The notes under the pieces: generated by a model
Database searches by the model: none
The model's input: only the letters and a program-made list of their open reading frames with translations
Told to the model about the DNA's origin: nothing
Program-made: the position numbers and the translations under genes
Assembly (NCBI RefSeq): GCF_004010195.1
Contig: NC_057718.1
Location: 1,289,096 to 1,350,670, forward strand
Reading direction: 5' to 3'
DNA: 61,575 nucleotides
Source of the DNA: Chiloscyllium plagiosum
Lineage: Eukaryota
In this document: in pieces, positions 38,810 to 50,719 of the stretch
Layout: each line of letters begins with the position of its first letter
Numbering within the stretch: position 1 is the stretch's first letter

Positions 38810-39320
38810 ATCACTATTTGGGAAGCTTGACTCGTTCGAACATGCCATCGAAGGCTGGGCCCAAGTGTGTGGAAAGAATGTGTTCATTTTTCCAGGCAAA
38901 TGACATTGGGGCAAACGAAAGGCAACAAGTAATTCTCCTTGTGGACCTGCAGCTTTTTCCGTTATTAGAAGTGTAACTTTCACTGAGCACCAGATACTAA
39001 AACCTTTCAAGAATTTATGAATTTAACTAAGGAATATTACAACCCTATGCCTCCTTTAATTCTGAGACATTATCAGTTTCACTCTACAGTTCGAAAACGA
39101 GGAGAATCTGTGTCGTGATGTTTGATGAGGTTAAGATGACTGGCAGAGGCATGTGACTTTGATTTGACCCTTAATGAGATGCTGAGAGACACTTTGGTAT
39201 GTGGGATTAATGATGTAACCATGCAAAAGTGCCTACTCACTGAAGCCCAAGTGGACTTCAAACAGACATGACAACTGATTTTGTCATTAGAAAATGCGGC
39301 AAGTGGGGCATATGAATTAG
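38810..39320 (+). mobile_element. Gypsy LTR-retrotransposon gag remnant (related piece at ~39537-39610)
   Basis: Frameshifted GKLDSF...ERMCSFFQANDI, RKRGESV, ACDFDLTLNEMLRDTLVCGIND. Confidence 0.75.
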
Positions 39321-39656
39321 AATAGAAGAATTCAATTTATTGTCACGTATACTCAAGTACAGGAGTACAGTGAAAAGTTTACAATGTCAGCCAAATGGTG
39401 CCCCCTTAGGTACAAAGTACCCAGGTACATATCTTAGATACAATGTCGAGACAGAATGTTACATTACTTTATAGTTATTCATTGCATAAGTTAGAAAAAT
39501 AAGCAATAAAGATAAAAAGATAAACATTACACTGTGTAAAATGCCTCATAGCTGAAGCCCAACTGGACTTTGAACAAGCACCTAACTTTTGTCATGACAA
39601 AATGGGGCTTCTGATGAAAGTGAACACCTTCGCCAGACCAAATGAGCTTGTGAATA

Positions 39657-39750
39657 CAGGCAGTTCTGCTATAACGCTGCTGTTGTGTTTCTGTGATTCT
39701 GTGTTATAGAAAATTGTGCAACAGAGATAATGGGGACTATGGGAAAAACA
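39657..39750 (+). mobile_element. Possible Tigger/pogo-like DNA transposon end
   Basis: TA|CAGGCAGTTCTGCTATAACG terminal-type sequence; the other end was not identified. Confidence 0.4.
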
Positions 39751-40394
39751 GGGTTAGAGGCAAACCATCAAAAATATCAATAAAAATCAAAACCAAAGAT
39801 AATAGTTAGCCTAACACAAATGATAGCACGGTCAAGCAAATTTTGACTTGTTGTAACTGACCTGTTGTGTGGTACTGTATAGTGCAATTCAACAGAATCT
39901 TCAACTGACTACTCTTGATTAGCATCTATACCTACTGGCTGCACTACATTCTAGCTATAGTCTAGATTAGAATGGTGCTGGAAAAGCACAGCAGGTCAGG
40001 CAGCATCTGAGGAGCAGGAAAATCGACGTTTCGGGCAAAAGCCTTTCATCAGGAATACAGGCATTCTAGCCAGTCTTCTGATCCCATCCAAAGATAACAC
40101 TGCAGAAGTCAGACCCTAGAATGAATCATGCCTTTGGCTGAATCTTAATTTCTTTCACTAACTGTCAGTTTTGTCAAGTTTTTTCGCAGGTTTCACATCG
40201 TGATGCTTAGGGATGTCTATCCCCTTATTTTACATAAACCTGCCTGATTTATTACCTGCCCATCCCTTTGGGGTAGGTAATAAATGGTGTCCCTCTCGCA
40301 TATTCTGTGGTGCAGTACCATCTTTAGAAAGATACTCAGACAAGAGCTGTCAGTCCGGAACTACCCTGCATCATTCCTGACATTGGCCCTAGAC

Positions 40395-40645
40395 ATGGCA
40401 GACAATGGAAAATTGCTGCCTCTCATTGTTGGCAAGGACATAGAGATGCTGCTGATGGGAATGGGGTGATGCAGAGGCAGGACGTCTTTTTCTCCCAGGT
40501 CAACAAAGGATGCCAACCTTCTGGAACCATGCCAACCTCGACCTTGGTTACCATCCAGGCCAGTACAGTCTCAACAATCTGAAGGAATGCACAGCATGTA
40601 AGAAGAAGATCAATGACCTTCTCCAGTCTGCCAGTGAAAGTGCCA
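40395..40645 (+). mobile_element. Possible PIF/Harbinger Myb/SANT-like ORF remnant
   Basis: Frameshifted KDIEMLL..VMQRQDVFF...CKKKINDL resembles the trihelix Myb/SANT pattern. Confidence 0.5.
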
Positions 40646-41270
40646 CCGTTTTCTCATTGATACCTCACACTCACTCTATCTCAGCTACTTTATCCACCAT
40701 TTCCTGCAACATCTTACCCACTCATTCTCGACCTTGCTAACATCTGACCCCAACTAACCCTGGATCTCTTTTGCACAGCTCCCTCAACCCCTCAGCACAT
40801 TTCCATACATGCACCAAAAGTAACAATGTGCCACCCATCTTTCTCTCCCTCACCCACTATGTGCAGAATTTCCGGACTCTGACCACCCTGAGCAGCTGAC
40901 TGACCTTGTCCAAGCCCCTGTACTGGTATTTTTTTGCAGTTGGTTAGCATGGTGATTAGTTACTGAAACAGATTCGCAATGAGTCTACAGGTATTCTTTT
41001 ACATCTAAACATATTTTTTAAACAAAGAGAAAAAAAGCTCTTGATACAAACAACAAGTCCAAGTTTCAAACTGTGTCCTCAGCTCTGTCCTTTTACAGCT
41101 AGTCAATTGCAGGAAAATTTCACTCTTATCTCAACTGTTTAAGTTTTTAAATTAACAGATTGCTCCCAGCTTCTTGTCCTCAGGCTGTAGAGACATATTC
41201 ATGATGCTTTTCCAAGTTCAGCAGCACAAACATTTCACAATACCAATCATGAAGCTCTTCATGAGAAAGC

Positions 41271-41770
41271 NNNNNNNNNNNNNNNNNNNNNNNNNNNNNN
41301 NNNNNNNNNNNNNNNNNNNNNNNNNNNNNNNNNNNNNNNNNNNNNNNNNNNNNNNNNNNNNNNNNNNNNNNNNNNNNNNNNNNNNNNNNNNNNNNNNNNN
41401 NNNNNNNNNNNNNNNNNNNNNNNNNNNNNNNNNNNNNNNNNNNNNNNNNNNNNNNNNNNNNNNNNNNNNNNNNNNNNNNNNNNNNNNNNNNNNNNNNNNN
41501 NNNNNNNNNNNNNNNNNNNNNNNNNNNNNNNNNNNNNNNNNNNNNNNNNNNNNNNNNNNNNNNNNNNNNNNNNNNNNNNNNNNNNNNNNNNNNNNNNNNN
41601 NNNNNNNNNNNNNNNNNNNNNNNNNNNNNNNNNNNNNNNNNNNNNNNNNNNNNNNNNNNNNNNNNNNNNNNNNNNNNNNNNNNNNNNNNNNNNNNNNNNN
41701 NNNNNNNNNNNNNNNNNNNNNNNNNNNNNNNNNNNNNNNNNNNNNNNNNNNNNNNNNNNNNNNNNNNNNN
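41271..41770. other. Assembly gap
   Basis: Run of 500 N. Confidence 1.
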
Positions 41771-41984
41771 TACTTGAATACCTGGATGTTTTTCAGGAAG
41801 GTTATAGGGACTTTAAAGGGGTCAAGATTCCACGTTTCTGCAAGGCCCACTCAATGCTATTTACCACCAGTTAAAGTGGCCTTTGCAGGATCAATTTGGC
41901 TGAATTTGTCATTGTTCTTTCCTCTGCCTTGGTCGATGTTGGGTTTCATTCCTTTAAGACATTTTAGTGATTTGATATATAATT

Positions 41985-42470
41985 GACAGTGATATCATGG
42001 TCATTGTTAGACTCATAATTCCAGATAATTTGAACTCAAATTTCACCATCTGCTGTGGTGGGATTTAAACTTGGCTTCCCACAGCATTACCTGGGTGTCT
42101 GGATTGCTCTTTTTCATTTTTTCATTGGATGAGGATGTCGCTGGCTAGGCTAGCATTCATTGCCCATCTCTAAATGTTTGGAGGGCAGTTATGAGTCAAT
42201 CACATTGCTGTGGGTCTGGAATCACATATAGGCCAGGTCAGGTAAGGATGGCAGTTTCCTTCCCTAAAGGACATTAGTGACCAGATGGGTTTTTCCACCA
42301 ATTGGCAATGGATTCATGGTCATCATTGACACTTCATTCTAGATTTTTTAAAAACTGAATTCAAATTTCATCTGCTGTGACAGGATTTGAATCTATGTCC
42401 CTAGAATATTATCTGGGTCTCTGGAATAACGGTTCAGTGATAATACCATTAGGCCATTATCTCCCCCTAA
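41985..42470 (-). mobile_element. Degenerate SINE copies sharing a 3' tail with the 31470-33390 LINE family
   Basis: GGATGAGGATGTCGCTGGCTAGGCTAGCATTCATTGCCCATC and CTGTGGTGGGATTTAAAC motifs; similar pieces at ~27240-27360 and ~53230-53410. Confidence 0.6.
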
Positions 42471-44394
42471 TCACTTGTCATTCTTCTTAACTCCAATGAA
42501 TACAGGGCTAGCCTGTCCAACCTTTCTTCATAAGAAAATTCACTCATTGCAGCAACCAGTCTCATGCCCCTTCTCCAAACTGCATCTAACTGCATCATTT
42601 AAACAAGGAGACCAAAAGTGTACACAGTGCTTCTGAAGTGCTCTCACCAATTCATCTGCCTCCAACTGCAGCAAAATATCCCAACTTTTATATTCCACTC
42701 TCCTTGGAATAAATAACATTTCATTTGCCATCAAATCACAATACATTGTGATTCATCTGCCAGAGCTCAGAGATCCCTCTGTACATTCGAATTCTGTAAT
42801 TCTCTTCATTTAGATGGTGAGGAAGACCATGGGACATGCCAGATCATGAGGTTACAGGTTGTTATGGTATATAATTCTAATGTTTATAGTCCACAGTCCT
42901 TCTGGATGTCCAGCTTTGAGCTGCTATACCTGTTCTTTATCAATCCCATTTAGCATAGTGGTAACACAATAACACAAAAGACGATGTCTGCTTGGTGAAG
43001 ACAGACTTTCCAGAAGGATTATGCAATGGCCACTTCCATCAATAGTGTTATGGATTGACGCACTGCAAAAGGTAGATTTGTGAGAATGAGGCCAAGTAAT
43101 TTTTGTCATTATGTTCGTTCTTTCACCTTTTGCCACATGCCAGATGACCAGTAACAGTGCTATGCACCTATTCTTGGTAGTGAACACTGAAGTCCTCCTT
43201 ATCCAGAGTATAATCTATGTCCTGAATAGCCCCAGTGGTTCTTCTGAATGGTGTACAACATGGAGAAGTACAGATTCACCAAGTGCAAAAGGGAGGGTGT
43301 TAGCAAACATTTCCTTGCCCATGTTTGACCTGATGCCAAAAAAACCTAATGGAGTTCAGATTCTATTATGGAGGTTCATAGGGATGGTGACAAAGGATTC
43401 TAGACTCTGTAGTTGTGATTATGTTGTCATGGGCTCAAAGGGCTGAGTGGCCGATCCTTGTTGTAATGACTCATGGATTCTTTCATATTAGACTGTTGCT
43501 TAATTACTCTGTGTGAATACTCTCTCATTGTTAACCTTAGTCCTCAACTATTATCAAGGAAGCCGTGACAGGGTCGATGGGACCAGGTGTGTCTACATTA
43601 TGTCATGGGTTAATGCCAGGCAAATCTGTCTGCTCTTGTTCTTCTTACAACTAAGTGACTTCCTCTAACACCAGAGAGCAGTTAGGTTTTGTGCATAATG
43701 AAAAATGAAACTTTTGCAAATGAGTAATTCACCTTTATAAAACATGCTGGGTGAGAAATTAAATAGTATCTTGTCTGATTTTATAACAAGAATGAAGAAC
43801 GTGGGCAAATTTGAGACGATGAACTCACAACATGACCTTAAAATACAACCAGGAACTGCAGATGCTGGAAATTTGAAACAGAAATTGCTGGAGAAACTCA
43901 GCAGGTCTGGCAGCATGTATGGAGAGAAAGCAGAGACAATATTTCAGATCCATCGATGCTTTATCAAAACTCAATGAAGGGACTCTGATGAATAGTCACA
44001 CGATCCAAAACATTGATTTTGCTTTCTCTCCACAGATACTGGTCAGTTTCTTCAGTAATTTCAGCTTTGTCCCATTGTGACCTCCTCTGCAAATTGCCAA
44101 ATTGGAAGGCGCTGCCTTTTACCTTTGTTGGTTGCTCACCTGAAACAGGTGTTCAGTATCCAACCTTCATGAACCGAAGTCCAAACACTGCATTTAGGTC
44201 CCAAATGAAATTGGCATAATGACAAGCCAACAAATATTAAGGTGCCACTTTTCTTCACCATTAAAATAAACAAAGGAAGTGTCAACAGACACATAAAATG
44301 GACTCAGTGAACTGTGAAGGGAAGCTATGAACGTGAGGAAAACCAAGCATATTAAAGACACTTGGGAGGATCTCACCCAATTCCCTGCACATAC

Positions 44395-44462
44395 CTGTTT
44401 TCATCTTCAAAGACTCCCTCTGGCAACAAGTATAATGCTTCCTTCCTTCTGACTTCAATTAC
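44395..44462 (-). CDS. EFR3B: EFR3B coding exon: VIEVRRKEALYLLPEGVFEDEN
   Basis: Read manually (absent from the ORF track): tgacag|GTA ATT GAA...AG|gtatgt, 68 nt; matches 'VIETRKKEAPYMLPEDVF'. Confidence 0.9.
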
Positions 44463-47400
44463 CTGTCATAAAGATCAACAAACAACAAATCATGAAATGA
44501 GGAAGAGGAACATTCTGGCGGGAACCGGAGCAGTTGGTAAGAAGCAAAATGACTGAGGAGGAGTCAGATTCTAGGGCCAGTAAGACTAAAAGAAGAATAA
44601 ACAAAGAGAGGCGACTGAACATAGCAAGACTGGTGATCTGAGGTGTATCTGTTTTAATATGAGGAGTATGACAGGTAAAGCACATGACCTTACAGCTTGG
44701 ATTGATACATATAACTTTGATGCCATGGTTATTGAGAGAGGGACAAGACTGCCAGCTTAATGTTCTAGGATTAAGAGATTTCAGATGAGATAAAGGGGGG
44801 ATATAAAAAATGTAGGGGAGTTGTGTTACTGATAAGGGAGAATATCACAGCTGTACTGAGGGAAGACGCTTCGGAGGGATCATCCAGTGAGACCTTATGG
44901 AAACTGGTCAGGAACAGGAAGGGTGCAATCACTTTGATAGGATAGCACTTCAAACCTCCCAACAGCCAGTGGGTGAGAGAGGAACAGCTTTGTGGACAGA
45001 TTGTAAGAAACATCTAAAAACAAAAGGGCTTTTGAAGTAAGTGGTTTTAACTTTCTCTACATTGACTGGGACTCGCTTAGTACCAGGGGTTTGGATGGGG
45101 TGGAATTTGTTAGGTGTGTCTAGGAATGTTTTTTGAAACAATATGTAAATAGTCCAATTAGGAAAAGAGCCATACTATACCTGGTACTGAGGAATGAGCA
45201 AAGCCAGGTCATCAAAGTTCCAGTGGAAGAGCATTTCAGAACAGTGACCATAATTCTGTAAGTATTAACTGATGGATAAGGATAAGATTAGTCCTTGAGT
45301 GAAAGTACAAAATTGGGGGAAGGCTAACTACCATAAAATTAGGCAGGAACTGGTGAATGTAGATTGGGGGTGGCTGTTTAAGGGTAAATCCACATCTGGT
45401 ATGTGGAAACTTTTAAAGGCCAGTTGATTAGAGTTCAGGACCAGCATGTTTTTGTGAAAACAAGGACGATAAGATTCGGGAACATTGGATGTCAAGAGGA
45501 ACTGAGAGCTTAGTCAAAAAGGAAAAGAAGGCGTACTAAGGTTTCAGAGCCCTCGAAGAATATAAAGATAGCAGGAAAGAGTGCAAACAAGAAATTAGGA
45601 GGGCTAAAATCAGCCATGAAATGTACTTGGCAAACAGGATTAAGGAAATTTATACGTATATAAACAGCGAAAGGGTAACGAGGGAAAGGGTAAGTGCACT
45701 CAGGGACAAAGGAGATGAAATTTAAGTGTTGACCGGATGAAGTGGGTGAGGTCCTTAATGGGTACTTTGGTATCATAAGGGATAAAGACGTGGTAGATGG
45801 TGAGTCTTGGGAGGGGTATGTTAATATTCAACAGCATGTCAACGTGAAAAAGGAGGAAGCTTTGGGTCTTTTGAAAAGCATTAAGGTAGACAAGTACTCA
45901 GGACCTGATGGGATCTATCCCACAATGCTGATGGAAGCAGGTGAAGAAACTGATGGAGCCTTGTACGAAATCTGTTTCCATTTTAATCTCAGGAGAGGTC
46001 CAAGAGGACTGGAGAATAGTCAGCATTGTTCCTTTGCTTAGGAAGGGATAATCTGGGGAATTACAGGCTGGTGACCCTTATATCAGTGCTAGGAAAATTA
46101 TTGGAGAAGGCTCTTAGGGTTAGGATTTACTCACATTATGAAAAATATGGACTTATTAGCGATAGGTAGTATGGCTTTGTGAAGGGAAGGTCCTGTCTCA
46201 CAAATTTGATTAAGTTTTTTGAGTAAATGACAAAGATGAATGATGACGGCAAGGCAGGTGTTGTCTATATGGACTTTAGCAAAGCCTTTGACAAGTTCCC
46301 TTATGGCAAGGTGAAGTCACATGGGATCCCCCAGTGAGCTGGTAAGATGGTTACCAAACTGGCTTGGTCACAGAAGACAGACAGTAGCAGTGAAAAGGGT
46401 GTTTTTCTGACTGAAGATCTGTGACCACTGGTGTTTCTCAGGAATCAGTACTGGAACCCCTGTTGTTTTGAAAATATATAAATGATTTGGAGGAGAATGT
46501 AAGTGGCCTGATTAGTAAGTTGGCAAACAACACAAAGATTGGGGAAGCTGCAGATATGAGCAGGATTGCTAGATGATACAGCAGGATAGGATAGATTCTT
46601 GGGCAGAGAAATGGAGGATGGAATTTAATCTGGAAAAATGTGAGATTTTGGAAGATCTAATACAAGGGGGAATATACAGTAAATGGCAGAACCTTCAATG
46701 TACAGAAGATCAAAGTATACAGGTCCAATGCTCCCCGAAAGTGGCAACACAAGTGTATAAGGTGGTCAAGAAGGCATATGCATGCTTGTCTTAATCAGTC
46801 AGCGCATAAAATATAAAAAATTGGCAAGTTATGTTGCAGCTACATAGAACGTTAGTTCAGCCATATTTGGAATAATGTGTAAAGTTCTCTACATGAAGAA
46901 TGTGGAGGTTTTGGAGAGGGTACAGAAATGGTTTACTCGGATGTTGCCTGGTTTTGAGGATATTAGCTGTGAGGAGAGATTGGACAAACTTGATTTGTTT
47001 TCACTTGAACATCAAAGGATGAGTGCTGACCTGATAGAAGTTTACAAAATTATGAGAGGCATGGATAGAATACAAACTCAGTGTTTATTTCACAGGGTAA
47101 AACTGTCAACTACTTGGGGTGGAGGTGCCCGTGTTGGACCAGGGTATACAAATTCAGAAGTCCATAAGACCATGAGACATAGGAGCAGAAATTAGGCTAC
47201 TCAGCCCATCAAGTCTGATCCACCATTCAATCATGGCTCATCCCCATTCTGCTGCTTTCTCCCTGTAACTCTTGATCCCCATGATATGCAAGAACCTACC
47301 TATCTCAGTCTTAAATATACTCAATGATCTGGCCTTCTGTGGCAATGAATTCCAAAGATTCACAAATCTCTGGCTGAAGACGTTTCTCCTTACCTCCATT

Positions 47401-47977
47401 CTAAAAGGTATTCCCTTTACTCTAAAGCTATGCTCTCAGGTCCTAGTCTCTCCTACCAATGGTAACATCTTCCCAATATCTACTCTGTCCAGGTAATTCA
47501 GTATTCTGCATGTTTCAATTAGATCCCCCCCATATCATTCTAAACACCGTTAAATATAAACTCAGGGGGCATAGCTTTAAATTAAGGGGTGGTAGGTGTC
47601 GGACAGATGTTAGGGGTAGATTCTTTACTCAGCGAGTCGTGAGTTCATGGAATGCCCTGCCAGTAGCAGTGGTGGACTCTCCCTCTTTATGGGCATTTAA
47701 ACGAGCATTGGATAGGCATATGGAGGATAGTGGGCTAGTGTAGGTTAGGTGGGCTTGGATCAGCGCAACATCGAGGGCCAAAGGGCCTGTACTGCACTGT
47801 ATTCTTCTATGTTCTAGGTCCTCAAATGTTCCTCATATGTTAAGCTTTTCATTTCTGGGACCATTCTTGTGAAACTCCTCTGAACATGCTCCGGGGCCAG
47901 TACATCCTTCCTGAGATAAGGGCCCAAAACTGCGCACAATACTCCAAATGTGGCCTGATTAGAGCCTTATAGAGCCT

Positions 47978-48150
47978 ACACCAGGTTATAGTCCAACTGG
48001 TTTATTTGAAATCCAAAGCTTTTGGTATGCTGCTCCTTCGTCAGGTGATGTCCTGATAAAGGTGATGTCACCTGATGAAGGAGCAACACTCCGAAAGCTT
48101 GTGATTTCAAGTAAACTTGTTGGACTATAATCTGGTGTCATGTGACTTCT
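47978..48150. mobile_element. Palindromic mini Penelope-like element
   Basis: Inverted arms ACACCAGGTTATAGTCCAAC (47978-47997) and GTTGGACTATAATCTGGTGT (48119-48138) enclosing two opposed hammerhead-like cores. Confidence 0.7.
48068..48104 (+). ncRNA. Minimal type I hammerhead ribozyme motif
   Basis: TCAC-CTGATGA-A-GGAG(CAACA)CTCC-GAAA-GCT-T-GTGA: stem I TCAC/GTGA, stem II, palindromic AGCT stem III. Confidence 0.65.
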
Positions 48151-48450
48151 GACTTGAATTACTTGGGGATGTAAGTGTAAGATAAAAGGGGGTAAGTTTA
48201 AAGGATATGTGCGAGGCAAGTTTTTTACACAGAGGATGTTAAGTGCCTGGAATGCACTGCCACAGGAGATGGTGGAGTCAGATACAAAGCAACATTTAAG
48301 AGGCATCTTTACGGATATATGAACAGGCAAGGAATATGGAAAACAGACTGTGTAGGGACAAAAGGTTTTCAGTTAGAAAGGCACTGTGTGTAGGCACAGT
48401 CTTGGTAGGCTGAAAGACCTGTTCCTGTCCTTCGTTCTAAGAACGTAAGA

Positions 48451-48718
48451 TTAGATTACGTACAGTGTGGAAACAGGCCCTTTGGCCCAACAAGTCCACC
48501 TCGACCCTCCGAACAGCAATCCACCCACACCCAACGCTACGGGCAATTTAGCATGGCCAATTCACCTAACTGTACATTTTTGGATTGTGGGAGGAAACCC
48601 ACACAAACACAGGGAGAATGTATAAGCTCCATACAGACAGTTGCCCGAGGCGGGAATTGAACCCAGGTCTCTGGTGCTATGAGGCAGCAGCGTAAACCAC
48701 TGTGCCACCATGCCACCT
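48451..48718 (-). mobile_element. HE1-type V-SINE
   Basis: Reverse complement of GGTGGCACAGTGGTTTACGCTGCTGCCTCA head (A box), B box GGTTCAATTCC, CR1-like tail. Confidence 0.88.
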
Positions 48719-49252
48719 ATTCTAGGAGCAGGAATAAATAGTTCAGTCCCTTGAGCTTGTTTCACCATTCAACATGATCATAGTTGATCTCATCTTCGCC
48801 TCATCGCTACTTTACTGCCTGCGCCCTTTTACTCTTCAACCTGTTACTAATTAAAAATCCTTTCATCTCTTTCCTTAAGCTTGCTCAATGTACCAGCATC
48901 AACTGCACACTGGGGTAGGGAATTCCACTGCTTCACAACCCTTTAAGAGAGAATTTCATCCCTGTTTTAAACCCTCTACCCCGATCCGAAAACTATGACT
49001 TCTCATTCCAGATTACCCCACAAGATGAAACATCTTCTCTCCAGCTATTTTGTAAATCACCTTTAGTATCTTACATGATCAAATAGATCTCTTTTTGTTC
49101 TAAACTCGAGACTATAGGCCTAAACGTTGCCATTCTATTCTTCTGATCAAAATAGATAACCTCACAATTGTCCACATAAAACTCCACCTGCAAATTCTGG
49201 CCCATTCGCCTCACTTATCCATCTCCATTTTAAATTTCTTCATTGCAACTTA

Positions 49253-49861
49253 GCTTCTATCAATGTAGCGAAGAAAAAGATGGGGGGTGGGGCCAGTGTA
49301 GTTGCGGAAGATGGGGCACAGGCCGCCTACTTGCGGAGCGATTCAGAGAGCACCTCTGGGCCACCCGGACGAACCAACCCAACCAACCTGTGGCACAGCA
49401 TTTCAACTCCCCCTCCCACTCCACCGAGGATATGCAGGTCATTGGACTCATCCACCGCCAAACCACAACAACCCGACGGTCGGAGGAGGAGCGTCTTATC
49501 TTCCGACTGGGAACCCTCCAACCGCAGGGGATGAACTTGGACTTCACCAGTTTCTTCATCCCCCCTCCCCCCACCTTGTCTCAGCCGGATCCTTCCAGCC
49601 CGGCACCGCCTTCCTGACCTGCAGTCTTCTTCTTGACCTCTCCGCCTCCATCCTACTCCGACCTATCACCCTCACCTTGACCTCTTTCCACCTATCACAT
49701 TTCCAACTCCCCTCCTCCAAGTCCCTCCTCCCTACCTTTTATCTTCTCCTGCTGAACACTCTCTGCTCATTCCTGAAGAAGGGCCTGTGCCCGAAACGTC
49801 GAATCTCCTGTTCCCTGGATGCTGCCTGACCTGCTGTGCTGTTCCAGCAATAAAGTTTCAA
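49253..49861 (+). mobile_element. Young Penelope-like element 3' part with inverted 5' segment and 15-bp TSD
   Basis: GIY-YIG C-terminal region (RFREHL, PVAQHFN, LIFRLGTLQPQGMN); TSD CTTCATTGCAACTTA at 49238-49252 and 49862-49876. Confidence 0.9.
49769..49804 (+). ncRNA. Minimal type I hammerhead ribozyme motif in PLE terminal repeat
   Basis: ATTC-CTGAAGA-A-GGGC(CTGT)GCCC-GAAA-CGT-C-GAAT: intact core, stem I ATTC/GAAT, GUC cleavage triplet, palindromic ACGT stem III. Confidence 0.75.
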
Positions 49862-50587
49862 CTTCATTGCAACTTACTCTTCCAACCTATTTTAGTGCCA
49901 TCTGCAAATTTGATGAAGGTACCTTCAATCCCTGCATCCAAGTCATAAATATAGATTGTAACTAATTGGGGCCAGAGGATCGAACACTGTGGTACCCCAC
50001 TAGTTACATTTTAGCAACCGGAAAAAGACCTACTTTTCTCAAATCTAGGCTTTCTGTTGGTTAACTAATTCTCTATCCAAGCCAATAAATTATCCCTAAG
50101 AGAGAAAGTGAGGGCTGCAGATGCTGGAGATCAGAGCTGAAAATGTGTTGCTGGAAAAGCGCAGCTGGTCAGGCAGCATCTAAGGAACAGGAGAATCAAC
50201 GTTTAAGAAGGGCTTATGCCCGAAATGTCGATTCTCCTGTTCCTTGGATGCTGCCTGACCTGCTGCGCTTTTCCAGCAACACGTTTTCAGCTCAGAATAA
50301 ATTATCCCTAACCCTGTACGATCTTAACTGGAAAGTGGATCACAGATTTCACTGTTACCGAGAGTGAAATATGGCGCCCAGGAACTGAGCAAGATCAAAA
50401 TCCTGGAATATCCCCCTAAATCACATTATAGACCAACTCACAGCAGGTGGACTGTAGCAGTTCAAGAAGACAGCTCACCATCACCTTCTCAAGAGCAACT
50501 AGGGACAAGCAATAAATGTTGGCCAGCCAGCGACATTCACAGCTTACAAATGAATTGAGAAAACAAAAATTGCCCAGATAATGTTAC

Positions 50588-50719
50588 CTGCTGGATATTC
50601 TGACAGAAGGCAGGCAGGCTGGTCAGTTGGCTAATGAGGTTCAGGTAGGCAGAGCAGAGGGCATGAATTGCACAGCGTGTCCACACTGGCAGGTTATCCT
50701 CATTGGTGAATGAAAGTTC
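50588..50719 (-). CDS. EFR3B: EFR3B coding exon: ELSFTNEDNLPVWTRCAIHALCSAYLNLISQLTSLPAFCQNIQQ
   Basis: ttacag|GAA...CAG|gtaaca, 132 nt; conserved 'AYLNLISQLT..PAFCQ'. Confidence 0.95.

Larger units (their letters stand above)
44630..48420 (+). mobile_element. Long degraded CR1 ORF2 (EN + RT + 3' end) with nested CR1 and PLE fragments at ~47160-48155
   Basis: EN-type sequence, KYSGPDGIYP, YMDFSKAFDK, WRMEFN, FFTQR tail. Confidence 0.85.

Noticed and set aside
37623..41986. Long ORFs of 210-379 aa in the ORF track
   Set aside because: They consist mostly of X translated from assembly gaps; the same applies to 3861..4502 and 10410..11168.
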